64,000 bases of DNA from assembly GCA_051362555.1 (NCBI GenBank), contig CM120641.1:44460401-44524400 (forward strand). Direction: 5' to 3'. Under the pieces are notes generated by a model that was given only the letters and a program-made list of their open reading frames with translations, was not told where the DNA came from and did no database searches. Both the position numbers and the translations under genes were made by a program. The first letter of the stretch is position 1, and every line of letters begins with the position of its first letter. Origin of the DNA: Lingula anatina (lineage: Eukaryota > Animalia > Brachiopoda). Positions 38,159 through 49,839 of the stretch are shown here, one piece after another.

Positions 38159-39619
38159 AAGCCTTTACCATTTTGTACATTGCTTGGAGGAGCTTCAGTA
38201 AATATTTTGAAGTTCAAAAACTGCCTTTTGTTGTCTGTAGGTCTCTCCCCCCACTTTTCCTGTTTCCATTACAGAAAACATACCTAAAACTTCATCATTC
38301 AGGAATAAAACTCTAAAAGATAAACTTATGCTCCTATTTTGTTAGCTTTACGATGCACACCAAATTGGGACATAAATACGTTCAACAGCTGTGCTATGTT
38401 TTATGGACACATTTAGGACGAAAAAAAAGAGCCAAGATATGCAGTTACTACGTGCACACATATAATCTTAGTGGAGACGGTATAAAAGAGAAAATGTCAG
38501 AATTCTCAATCTACTCGACAAATTCTTTCGAGGTCGGTCCCCTTGAAGCCCCTTGAGCTGTGAAAATTAAGCTTATTTGCATTTATACATTAAATGGGGT
38601 AAATACTGTAACGGCACGAAGTAGATTTTAAAACAAGCTATTTTCCCTAAATAAAAAAAAGAATTGAGGAGATGCCTCCAGGTAGCGTTAAAGTGTGGTC
38701 TTGTTAAAAAAAAGACGAGAAGCGTGCAGTAGACCATAAGGTTACAGGTACCAAAATTTACAAAGTTCGGTGACTTGTAGGCCCATGAGGCCGGGTGATT
38801 TGTATATCTATATCACATGTCACGTTAATAAGTAAATACTACTACTGGCCCTTTTCGCGATATTTTTCTCTTGCATATTTTATTCAGGAAAAACACGTTT
38901 TCCCCGAAGCGTGTTTTAGAAGATACAGTAGATTTGTAATATTTTTAAAACAAAGGTGCATAACTGTAAATAGAATTGTTCATGAATAGAATAACTTCTG
39001 ATTATTACAGAATATCTTGAAATGCTTTCGTTTTATTTAGTATATGCACAACAAGATGTTTTTTGTCAAACGAGATAGGTTTGAAAATTCTATCACGCTT
39101 ATGGTGATGGAGTAATTTAGTTATTAAAGCCCCTTGAAATCAAAGCAAATAAAATTTTGTAAGATAAAACATTTGAAAGTAGAGGAAATCATTTCTGTTC
39201 TGAATGATGTTCCTTTTAAAATAACCCGATGAAATTGTTTCTAAATCAACAGTTAAGAAAAACAATCCATACATTTCCTATAACATCATAATACATTTCC
39301 TGTCATGTCAAATAGTTGTAATACAATATCAAAGACTATTTCGTAGTTACAGGTAGCTTATTAGTAGATAACTCCATATATTTAGATAGGTAATTAGACA
39401 TTGAATATCAATAAGTTTGTAAACCAAAAAAGGACAAAACCAACAGATCAAGTAGGCCCCAGAGGCCGGCAGGGTGATCACATTATCTTTGTGCAAAAAA
39501 TCTCCCAGTAAAAAAACGCGCACTCTATATTTGTGAATCTATAAGTGAAACAATCTCTGTCTCTTGTTAGTGAACATTGCTTTGCTTGATGTCCTTCAGC
39601 CTTGTACATCTCAGTGCTG

Positions 39620-39850
39620 CAGTGGCGGATTTAGAGGGGGGCAGGGGGTCCTGACACCAATACCAATATTCTCCTCTTGAAATTAGAATTTTGACTAGAT
39701 AAATCATAGTTCTAAACCGTAGCAAAGGGCACTGTTTGCTCTCCAAATCACCACAACTTGGGCAGGCCCCGAACCCCACACCAAGGGATGGATGGTCGGC
39801 TTCGCATCCGAGGTCTGTCGTTCCGGACCTCACCCCTTCAAATAAACCAG
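39620..39850. mobile_element. Degraded copy of the CAGTGGCGGAT-type (PIF/Harbinger-like) MITE
   Basis: Starts CAGTGGCGGATTTAGAGGGGGG and shares its interior (AATCATAGTTCTAAACCGTA, CCCCTTCAAATAA) with 44492-44731. Right TIR missing. Confidence 0.65.
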
Positions 39851-40858
39851 ACTATAATTCAAATGAAAATGATTTCAACAGCAACCCCTCAATCAGAATG
39901 TGCCGAACCCGCTGTAATTTGCATAACAGTAAGTCGCTCAGCGTAGTGCGCACTACTCGTGTCTTCTTGGCTGGTCACTTGACAGCTGCACACTGTGAGG
40001 ACAAGACGTTGATATGTGTGATGAAGTCGCAGAGCCGGAATTTTTTATTCAGCTTCGTAAATTGTAACAAATTTGTCATGTGAGTAAAAGCTTTTCATGT
40101 TTTTTACGAGTTCAAACTACCAGATAATACTTTCTTATTATTTTACTCGTTCTAAACTTTAAATTGGGCTGAGTAGTTGACTGGATTTGAGAAAAGTTCC
40201 ATAGTGAAATCTTTAAATATCTTGAAAAGCACGTACTGCCAGTAAAAATACAAATATAATAGTTATATTAGATTGTTTTATTTTTAGTGCCCAATGTCAC
40301 TTCAGTGTCACTCACTGTATGTAATTAGGCCACCTGAACATATTTCGTATTTTAAACACTTCCATAGTACATGTACTTGATATATTAGTGTGAACCTTCT
40401 CAGATATAGATCGATCCACAGTTAGTACGGTAGGGTCTGGGAATGGTCCCTTTACCTGGTAAAAGCTTTTCAAAAGTATTGGCCGTATTATTTCTTGTGA
40501 TTCTTCTCATCGTGAATCAGAAATATCAACTTTTTAAAAATTTAGCATACAAACCCCGTTTAGTCAACTTTTCAAGTTGTTTAGTTAGCCTAAATGTGAT
40601 TTTTTGGGGGGCATGAGCAGTTTTTCCATTTTCTAATCTTTATTCGGATTCTCTTCTTTCGAAGATTGAAATATCATCATCTTATTGTTATTTTGATATT
40701 TCAGAACTGCAAACGCCTTTGCCGAGATCCTGCAGAGTGCATGTGCACCTGACTAAAGCTTTCCTGGTCTCCGAGATGTATTTTAAAACCTGCCGCAGAT
40801 CCAGATCCATTCGCACCGCAGCTGCTATATGTTGAAAATTGTACATAGTCTCTCTCCC

Positions 40859-40902
<44 letters not shown>

Positions 40903-41880
40903 TTTTAAACACTTTTTAACATATTGAAACGGAGCATTGTGATCGATTGTGTTCCCTTTAGAACTTATACTTAGAAATCGATCCTTTTTGTTTTATATAT
41001 ATTCCCAAGGGACTGATCATGATATGTTTAAAATTATACCTTAGGGCATGCTATGTACATTATTTTATTTAGAACCAATCCAGCTTTTTTTTAAATTTAT
41101 CTCGTTATGCAATAGTGCAATTATTTAAGTGTTTAAAATGACATGTTATTTTCAGAGAGTATGCAAAGTTGAGAGTAAAACGCAATTTTCACGATGTTGA
41201 AGCTTGGGTAAGATTGTTTATTAGCCAATCAACTACCCTATATAATTATAATTTGCATTGTATAAGTCATTTTTTATTGTTAATATTTACATTTGTGAAC
41301 GGCAAACAATTTATGAAAATAAATGCGCTTTTTGGGGGTAGTTTTTGATTCAATCTAAAATACACAGTATTAAAGTTAAATTGACATGTACCAGATTTTA
41401 GAACCTATACTATACTCTATTTGGAATCCATTTTTTGTTCTTCAGATTAAATCTAAAAGTGCTTTCAAATTTTGTAAATGAAAAATTTGAAATTAACACA
41501 AAGTAGTTTCATTAAAATGGCGCGAATTATTAATATGAGTAAATTCTGCAGCTGCCAATTTTCAGATTTATTATTTCCGTCAAATTTAAACGGTTAATAT
41601 CGCCTGTCGGCCTATTTTTTGTCCAATGAGTCCAGTCCTGTTCTTTTCTATTTCCTCATTATCTTTTATTATTTGAGCACACGAGTCCCCCAGTAAATAT
41701 TTAATTTGTTCTTCGTGGTTTTCTGTTATTAAAGATGTCATATAATTATATAATATAAAAATAGAATAAATACATTGAAAATTTGGTCCTTACTTGTAGA
41801 TTGAAATGAATGATACTCGTATGACTGCTCTGATATGAGTGAGAGAAAAAAAAACGCATCGTCTTTGGGCGATTCTATCA

Positions 41881-42643
41881 AATTTGAGGAGTGAAAGGTG
41901 GGGACAATTCCATTCTATTTGAGGGGCGACAGGTGGGACAATTCTATTCTATTTTAGGGATGACAGGTGGGCCGATTCCATTCCATTTGAGGGGTGACAG
42001 GTAGGACGAGTTCATTCCATTTAAGGGGTGTCAGGTGGGGCGAGTTCACTTCATTTAAGGGGTGACAGGTGTGGCGAGTTCATTCCAGGTGAAGGGAGGC
42101 AGGTGGGGCGATTCCATTCCATTTGAGGGGTGACAGGTAAGACGAGTTCATTCCATTTAAGGGGTGTCAGGTGGGGCGAGTTCACATCATTTGAGGGGTG
42201 ACAGGTGGGGCGAATTCATTCCAGGTGAGGGGTGTCAGGTGGGGCCAGTTCACTTCATTTGAGGGGTGACAGGTAGGCCGATTCCATTCCATTTGAGGGG
42301 TGACAGGTAGGACGAGTTCATTCCATTTAAGGGGTGTCAGGTGGGGCGAGTTCACTTCATTTGAGAGGTGACAGGTGGGGCGAGTTCATTCCAGGTGAGG
42401 GGAGCAGGTGGGGCGATTCCATTCCATTGCAGGGGTGACAGGTGGGGCAAGTTCATTCCATTTAAGGGGTGTCAAGTGGGGCGAGTTCACTTCATTTGAG
42501 GGGTGACAGGTAGGCTGATTTCATTCCATTTGAGGGGTGACAGGTGGGACGATTTCACTTCACTCAAGGGGAGACAGGTGGGGCGATTCCATTACATTCG
42601 AGTTGTGACAGATGGGATGATCCCATTCCATTTGAGGGGTGAC
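41881..42643. repeat. G-rich minisatellite, about 22 copies of a 34-bp unit
   Basis: Consensus near GAGGGGTGACAGGTGGGGCGAGTTCATTCCATTT; unit landmarks at 41961, 41995 and 42029. Confidence 0.95.
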
Positions 42644-44491
42644 ATGCATGTTGCTACAAACAAATCAAAAGCTTATGAATAGATAGCAAGATTGTAAATT
42701 TATACTTCATATTGAAATTTAGATATTCTTTCAGCGGGTTAGAGCTTTAATGTCCAAGTTTTTGTTTACAAAATACTGTGCATCATTACAAAGCTTTAAA
42801 CCATTTCAATTTTAAATACCCCAGGTTTTATGGAAAACCATCATTCCCAAGATAAAATTACACAATGTTTCCAGATTGAATTTGAGACAGTTGTCACATC
42901 TATGTAATCTTTCCCTTTCCCATATTAATATTGCTGAACTGTGTATTTTATATCAATATGAAAAAATAACGAGGAATTATAGAAATATTTATTCGGATTT
43001 GATATAAGAGATGGAATTGAGCATGATATATGTCAACCAAAGACCTTGTTGCTTGCAGACCCATGTTGCACAGTTTCTCCGTGGGCGTCTGAAATGACAA
43101 AATAACGCATACAAATTTTGATTCAACTGACAGACTGAGATCATTTTTGACTTATTCTAGAGAAGCGCAAAACATCTTATTTGAACATTTTCTTTTAAGG
43201 ATATATGAAATAAATTACACGTAACTAGATTGAAGTACAATCAAGTTTTAATATACATGTAGTTGGTCGTGTAATGGAGGGACAGAATACGGTACACTGG
43301 AGACAGTAGTCGACCTGCGCAAAACTCACTTGTAAACAATCGCTTTATGAGCGTGGACGTGTGTTGTATTATATTAAAAACACTTACCTTACAAAAAGAT
43401 CTTTGACAGCATGGCAATCTTAAGCATAAATGGATTTACCCAAGTGTAATCTGAAACAAGTAAGAGAACTTTAATAGTTATGTGGACCCTTATTCTTGTA
43501 GTAGTAATAATGATGATCAAATGATGTATTTTAAAAATTGTTAATTTTTCCCAGGTGAAATAATCAATCCATTACAGTACATAAATGTAACCCAAAAGAA
43601 ATCGCTGAAAATCATCGTAATTGTCTTCAAAAGCGACGTTGTTGATTAAACGTTGATTAAATTTGACTTTAAATTTATGTTCACCTTGCTAGAGCAGACT
43701 TCTTGTATCAAAAACTCAGAACTATGACAAGTAATATTATCTAAATTAATCAGTATTTTTGTGCAGTTATGTTTATATTTACACGAATACACACATGCGC
43801 TCTTAATTGTCAGGGGTCATACAGAAAATTCCACACGTGCAGAACTAAATATAGCTAGTTTGAAAGATTTCAACGAACTTATTGTTTCATCAACGGTCAG
43901 CTGATAGCACCATTTCTCCTGTACGTTTGTTGTTCCAAAGCATTGTAACCAATATATTCTTACATTGTGAGTGACACACGGTACAAGTAACGATGGGCAT
44001 AATATTACAACAAATTGCACTGCTAATATCTAAAATAAATTTTCTCTCATTCGGTTGCATTTGTGTTTTATTGAGGGAGGTTATTGAAGAAGTAGCGCTA
44101 CTTACCATATACTTGCTTCTGCGTCTTATAAAAGCTGAAACTTGTGAATTCACCACACATAATGTTGCGTCTTCACTCAACTGTGCCCAACTGCAGAGTG
44201 AGTATTCAGCTTGCACTACGACGGGCAACTTTTGTTATGCAAATTTTAACAGATTTGGCCCATTTTGGGTGAGATGTTTTGGCTAAAACTGTTCACAAAT
44301 GTTCACTGTCAAAATATTTACAGTACATTTAGATACAACTGAGGTCCACTTTTTGTTGAAATATACTACTTCTTCCAAAGGAGACAACAACGATTACATG
44401 GCCATTTTAACACCTTTTCCCGAAAATGATATATTGGAAAATGGTCTTTGCCTACTGTTTATTCTGTTTTTTAAGTACGAAAGCCTGCAAT

Positions 44492-44731
44492 CAGTGGTGG
44501 ATTTGGGGGGGGGGGGAGAGGGATCCTGACCCTCCCCTTTGATTTCTGGAAAAAAAATCACACCAATGTTCTAATCTTGAAAATTGAATTTAGACTAGCT
44601 GAATCATAGTTCTAAACCGTACCAAATAGCACCGTTCGTCCACTACCAAAAATTTACCTTTACCAAACGCCAAAGGGGGGGTGCTTCTTATCCGCGGACT
44701 CCCCCTTCAAATAATCCTGGATCCGCCCCTG
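44492..44731. mobile_element. PIF/Harbinger-like MITE
   Basis: Termini CAGTGGTGGAT and ATCCGCCCCTG are imperfect inverted repeats. A second copy is at 39620. Confidence 0.7.
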
Positions 44732-44735
44732 TGCT

Positions 44736-44830
44736 GCTGGTTATATTCCAGCTACGACCACAAATAAAGAACTTTTATTTGTGGTCGTAGCTGGTTATAT
44801 TCCAGCTACGACCACAAATAAAAGTTCTTT
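44736..44830. repeat. Inverted triplication / perfect palindrome
   Basis: Perfect 29-bp arms at 44766-44794 and 44802-44830 with a 7-nt loop. An overlapping hairpin has 21-bp arms at 44748-44768 and 44774-44794. Confidence 0.95.
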
Positions 44831-45592
44831 TAATCATTTATTTATTTATCTATCTATTTAGGCATTCACAGGCGTTTACGTCAATTTGAATAGCCTACTT
44901 GCCGAAGCATCAACATTATTCGAATCGCCTATTTTGTATCGATATCTAATTGTAGTGTTTTTAACTTTAAAAAAATTGGAATTAAATCAAACTACAAAAG
45001 AGCGACAACCTTCCCCACTTGAGACAATTGACGAAACGACAGTAAATAGTTTGATGGCCGCTGTTGTGAGAAATACTACTTGACGGTATGTCAGATACAC
45101 TTCGCTGAGTCGTGGTGCATCTATTACTTTCATTGTATTTGTGTATGATGCCTTGTGAGCAATAACAAAAAGAGAAGTAATGAAAAAAGGGGAGGTTAGT
45201 TGAGGTGAAACTAGGACCCACCAACCTGGACATGCGGCCACCCTGCTTCATTGTCATTTTCTTTAGTTTCACGTGACGCAATATTTCATTTAAGTAAACC
45301 AGGAAGACAACATTTGTCTTGGTTCAAAACTAGACCAATCATTTCGACCATCAAGCTAAGAAAACTTAAGGGTTAATAAGACATGTTGACAAACAAGCCT
45401 CTGGTGACCCCCTGGCCACGCCCCTTGGCCTCGACATACACGGGTACAAAACCGGTTCCTTCAAGAAGGTCAATATTAACCGTGGACAGGCCAATAAAAG
45501 ACTCTAAATTCTGTGGAAATACATTATTGCCATCGATCTTCCGACACCACAGTTTTATTTCCTGCATAACAGAAAACTTGGGCGTGGCAATT

Positions 45593-46664
45593 ATGAAGAC
45601 CAGAACAGGAATTGTCGCGCTTTTGTTGGTGACACTGCTTCTTGTGCAGATGTTTGCAGATTCTGACGGTACGTACATGAATTTGGGACACATTTTTCGG
45701 TTTTTAAGTGGTTCCCTGGAGGTCGCTACAAGAAAACCCATCTACAACTCGGGGAAGAGCTGTATTTTTGTCCTCTTAATTAATCCATCTATTAATCGGT
45801 ACATTAAGCTTTACACATTTGACAAAGATGTTATTAAAACATTTCAGTTTAGCATTCTCTGTGTGTGTATTCTCTTTTTGGTTCTCTTCAAAATGTAAAT
45901 AAGGTACAATCCCGATAAAGTCAAAATCTTTGTTTGACTGAAATACTGAAACACAAAATACCGAATAAGTTAATTGCATATTAAAGGTTATTTAGATGGA
46001 TACCTTTAAGTTGTTAAAATGTTTTATATGTTGCAATGTATCCAGCTACCTTTACTAGAAGAAGAAGAAGAAACTTGATTGTAGCAGACGGTCGCAATAA
46101 AAGAAGCTATGACGACAACCTTCAGGTACATACGTTATGATATGATTTCTTCGTTTAATTTTTTCCTTAAGAAACAGCACAAAGAATTCGGTTTTTATTT
46201 TCTTTTATCATATTTCTTTTCAAATATCTGTAAATAAACCACTAATTTTTTTCATTTAATTTATGTTTTTGTCTGAAATTAATGCATCTTGTAAAGCAAT
46301 CTGAATATATTTCACCAGTTCGCTGTCATACTTCGTGCACTGCAAACCTAAAGCATAAAAAGGTTCAATCCAGGGAATTTTTTTTCATTTTCAAATCCTT
46401 TTCCCTTTTCACTTATGAAATATAAGAAAAGCTAGAACGCTAGGTCTATCAGGAAATAACGGGTGAAAAATTCTGGATGAATTTCAATTACAATGGTTTG
46501 CAATAAGTTTATTTCTAAGAGATTTCACATTTACTCCTTTTTTTGTATCTCTTTTTAATGCCTTACTCCTCGTGTAATTTTTTTTTCAGTTGCCTGACGA
46601 AATGAAATTGCTTCAACGTCTTAAGGAGAAGTTAATGGATATCCAAGATGATTTGGATGAATAG
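45593..46664 (+). CDS. Small secreted prepropeptide, 76 aa (cationic antimicrobial- or neuropeptide-like precursor)
   Basis: Three phase-consistent GT-AG exons, 45593-45668, 46046-46125 and 46590-46664, give MKTRTGIVALLLVTLLLVQMFADSDA-TFTRRRRRNLIVADG-RNKR-SYDDNLQLPDEMKLLQRLKEKLMDIQDDLDE*. AATAAA at 46864 and 46901. Confidence 0.82.
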
Positions 46665-47015
46665 GACCAGAGAGAGAATTAAGATAAAACGTGAACAGAG
46701 ACCGGCACTGCGAGGATGCGAGGACACGCTTTGAATATTTGTGTATTCAAAGACTTTTTCACTTTTCATGTTAACTCAGCACAGTCTTTATGATATACTG
46801 ACAGTTTACTATCACTCGATCACAAGAAACGAGAGACATATTCCGATTCTTTATACTTAAGTTAATAAAAATGTGGTTATTTTTGAGATAGAAATTTAGC
46901 AATAAATATTAAAGGGTTATCAGTTTGTCCCTCCTTTTTTAAAGTAATGAATCTGATGTTTTATTTCATAACTGATTTGATAGAGAATTGAAAACCCCAA
47001 ATTATCAATACCCGT

Positions 47016-47180
47016 TGTGACAGGAACGGTAGTCCGCTAGGAACCGTAGTCCGTTCTCTGTTACTTAGTACAGGTACCTCTCGCCCCATGTACAACCTTA
47101 AACACTCCAGACTAACCCTACACTGTGCTAATCATATGGAATCCCAGACTTCCATTCCTAGGACTATTATTCCTGTCACA
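47016..47180. mobile_element. Short MITE with TGT...ACA ends (Ginger-like)
   Basis: TGTGACAGGAACGGTAGTCC versus GGACTATTATTCCTGTCACA gives 17/20 inverted match. Flanks CCGT/CCTT may be a decayed 4-bp TSD. Confidence 0.7.
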
Positions 47181-48060
47181 CCTTGGTACAGATAATCACC
47201 TAGTAACATATCAACATAATAACTTCCTCTGTATTTGCTGCAAACAGCTGAAAATTAGACGGAAAAACTAGCAAACATACGGACACCTAACAGAAAAAGG
47301 CTATTTCCATTGGTCCGTTTTAACATTAATAGGCACATTCCAGTAAACAATAAAATTTGAAAAAAAAAAAAAAAAATCCGAATACTCTGATTTTCAAAAA
47401 GAATCTGCCTTTTAACGCAACAAAGCCATTCAGCAATTCTGAAGTAAAACAAAAGCACAGTAGGCCTATAATACTTTAATACTGGGCAAACGGCACTAAG
47501 GGACCATTCCCACAGATATTTGGATCGGTCTGTCTCCCTGGGGATTCTCACTAAATTGCTATCGACGTAACCGGCTTAAATGTCTGTCACACCTATTAAA
47601 GCTGTTAGGGGGTAATTATCTTTCACCCAAGCTGATTCGGTAGGCGTGGCAGACATGTAAGCCTCTTGAGCTGATAGCAATTTAGCGTGAACCCCCAGGG
47701 AGTTAAGTCGATCCAGATGGATCGATCTAAGTATGGGAACCCAGTCTAAAAAATATATGCGAAAAATCATTACTGTTACGTTGCAAAAAAGGTCTGACCA
47801 TGGCCATTTTTCATGATTCACACATCTTTTTACCGAACAAAGCCACCTAGCAAATTACAAATAAAAGTTTTGGCACTAGTGGGCCAAATGTCTAAAAGAC
47901 GAGCGCAAAAAATAAATAAATAAAGTCTTAGACATATATTATGTCCAAGATTAAAAGGACGTCAGGGGAAAATGGCTTTGGTAATGGCTAGTACACTACC
48001 CTGAGCTTCAGAGATGAATTCATATCTAAGGGCCCATAGCCCAATGTAACTATCATTTTA

Positions 48061-48218
48061 CATAGATTAATCCAACTCTGCAGGACTCTCACTGAATGCA
48101 ATAAAATTAAATAACATGCCTCCTCTTGTTTCGAATGTACTTGTTAATCACCATGAACTATTCTGAATTCTGCTCAATCCCAGGAAGGTATGTCAATCTG
48201 ATTGCACTCAGTGAGACC
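48061..48218. mobile_element. Degraded copy of the fold-back MITE family also at 59978 and 58463
   Basis: Contains CCAACTCTGCAGGACTCTCACTGAATGCAAT and CTGATTGCACTCAGTGAGA, matching the arms of 59978-60171. Confidence 0.65.
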
Positions 48219-49203
48219 CCCCCCCCCCCCCCCCCCCCCCCCCCTTGGCAAGTGAATAACATTTTAAAACGGTTAAAAATGTCAAATTGGACTTCAGCCA
48301 CAAAGGTGCTCCAAAAAAATAAAATAAGTATTTCAAATTTTTACTTAAAACTTCAATTTTTATTTCACAAAACCATTGGGGTTTTTTTTTTTTAGACTAT
48401 GATTTTTTTATTGTCACCCCATGGATGTTACAAAAGCAGTAAATAAATAATAAATGTGCCCGAGGCACATGAGATAGTAATAGGTGATATTCCCTTGTAT
48501 TATCATAAATACAAATGAAAGAAAAGTCTCAAGGCAGTTTAGAGGACAGGTAATACTGTATAAGCCTATCAACCTCCTCATTCCTTTGCCACTGTCATGA
48601 CCAGCAAATGTGGCAAAAATAATCAAGTTGGCAGGCACGTCTAAAGGGAACATCTGCCTTCAATCCTCTAGATCATTTGTACCTACTGCTTTTCACAAAC
48701 TTCTCACTGAAACAACCCCACAGCTTCTACCATTTGAACAATTAATGGCACCTGCGGATTGTTTGGGATATAAACAAACACATACATCAACTGATGTGTC
48801 TCCTTTTGAATGGAGTCGCACACAGTCCCCGGCAGAAAACAGGTAATACTTTGGGACATTAGCTACTGGTCCAAGTCAGTTAAAAATCTTGACTCCAGGC
48901 AGGTAAAAATACTGAATTGAATCATCAAAGTTTATAGTCTGATCAGACTTAGGCTGGTGAAAATTTATGTGGTTGCTTTAGATTCCATTATCTGTAGATG
49001 TCATATTCAGACAAATAGCTTTTGATTCAGATAAGTATTTTCTGAGGTCTACAAGTCTGAAAGACCAGTGATTTGAAAAGTTTAAGGCAACGGACTGGTT
49101 CTCAATGTGCCTTTAAACACAAAACCTGTTCCCTCCATACCAGTGCTTCTATTTTGGAATGGTTCTCCCAGCACATCACTCGATGATGATAAGTCAAAGC
49201 CAT

Positions 49204-49446
49204 TCAATGCAGAGGACGTATGGTGTTTCCTGTATTTGCACCCTGTGGCCTGTATCCTATCCTCTCATGGATCAATTCCCTTTTGGGTTTCTGTGGCGAC
49301 TCGGGAACAATAGGACTGAGCTCTGATGACATGCCTGTCCTCTCAAGGGCAGCTTTCTTTAACCTTTCTCTCTCCTTCTTCACTATCTCATACTCCTCCA
49401 AGTCATCCAGCTTTAACTCGATTCGTGTTGGTTTTCTTCGTAACAT
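49204..49446 (-). CDS. CDC26: Anaphase-promoting complex subunit CDC26 (APC12)
   Basis: 80-aa single coding exon starting MLRRKPTRIELKLDDLEEYE, the CDC26 N-terminal signature, with IHERIGY near the C-terminus. Probable 5' UTR intron at about 49458-49839. Confidence 0.95.
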   Translation of the reverse strand: MLRRKPTRIELKLDDLEEYEIVKKERERLKKAALERTGMSSELSPIVPESPQKPKRELIHERIGYRPQGANTGNTIRPLH

Positions 49447-49839
49447 AGTGGAATGACCTGCATAACAATATTAATATTTAAGGCCTAAAACTGAGGCAAG
49501 TGTGGTTTGTGAAAAAAAAGGAGTTTGTGCTTCAGAATTGCTTATTTTTATTGCACTTAAGAAAAGTATTTCTCAAAGAAGAAACGAAGAAAAGCTATAT
49601 GTAGCCTGTATAACGTATCAAATCCCCTAAGGCTTAAGACATGAAGCAATGCATTTTTTTTTCGTCCACGCTCAAAATGTGAAGATACGGGGGACAGATA
49701 AAAAATTAACGTTGATCTGCTTAAACTGCCATGCATTGTTAAGTTTCATTTTCTGTTTTTAGTGTCATTTTATATTTAAATATATACAACTTATGATTTG
49801 GTACGTATTCACACAAAACAATTTTGGGGTCGAATTTAC

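Noticed and set aside
38330-39480. Possible Helitron-derived remnants (TAGGCCC...GAGGCCGG...GGGTGAT near 38779 and 39453)
   Set aside because: Only a short shared motif, and boundaries cannot be defined by eye.
45383-45898. 171-aa ORF as a single-exon gene
   Set aside because: Only 45593-45668 looks coding. A donor at 45669 and two downstream in-phase exons explain it better.
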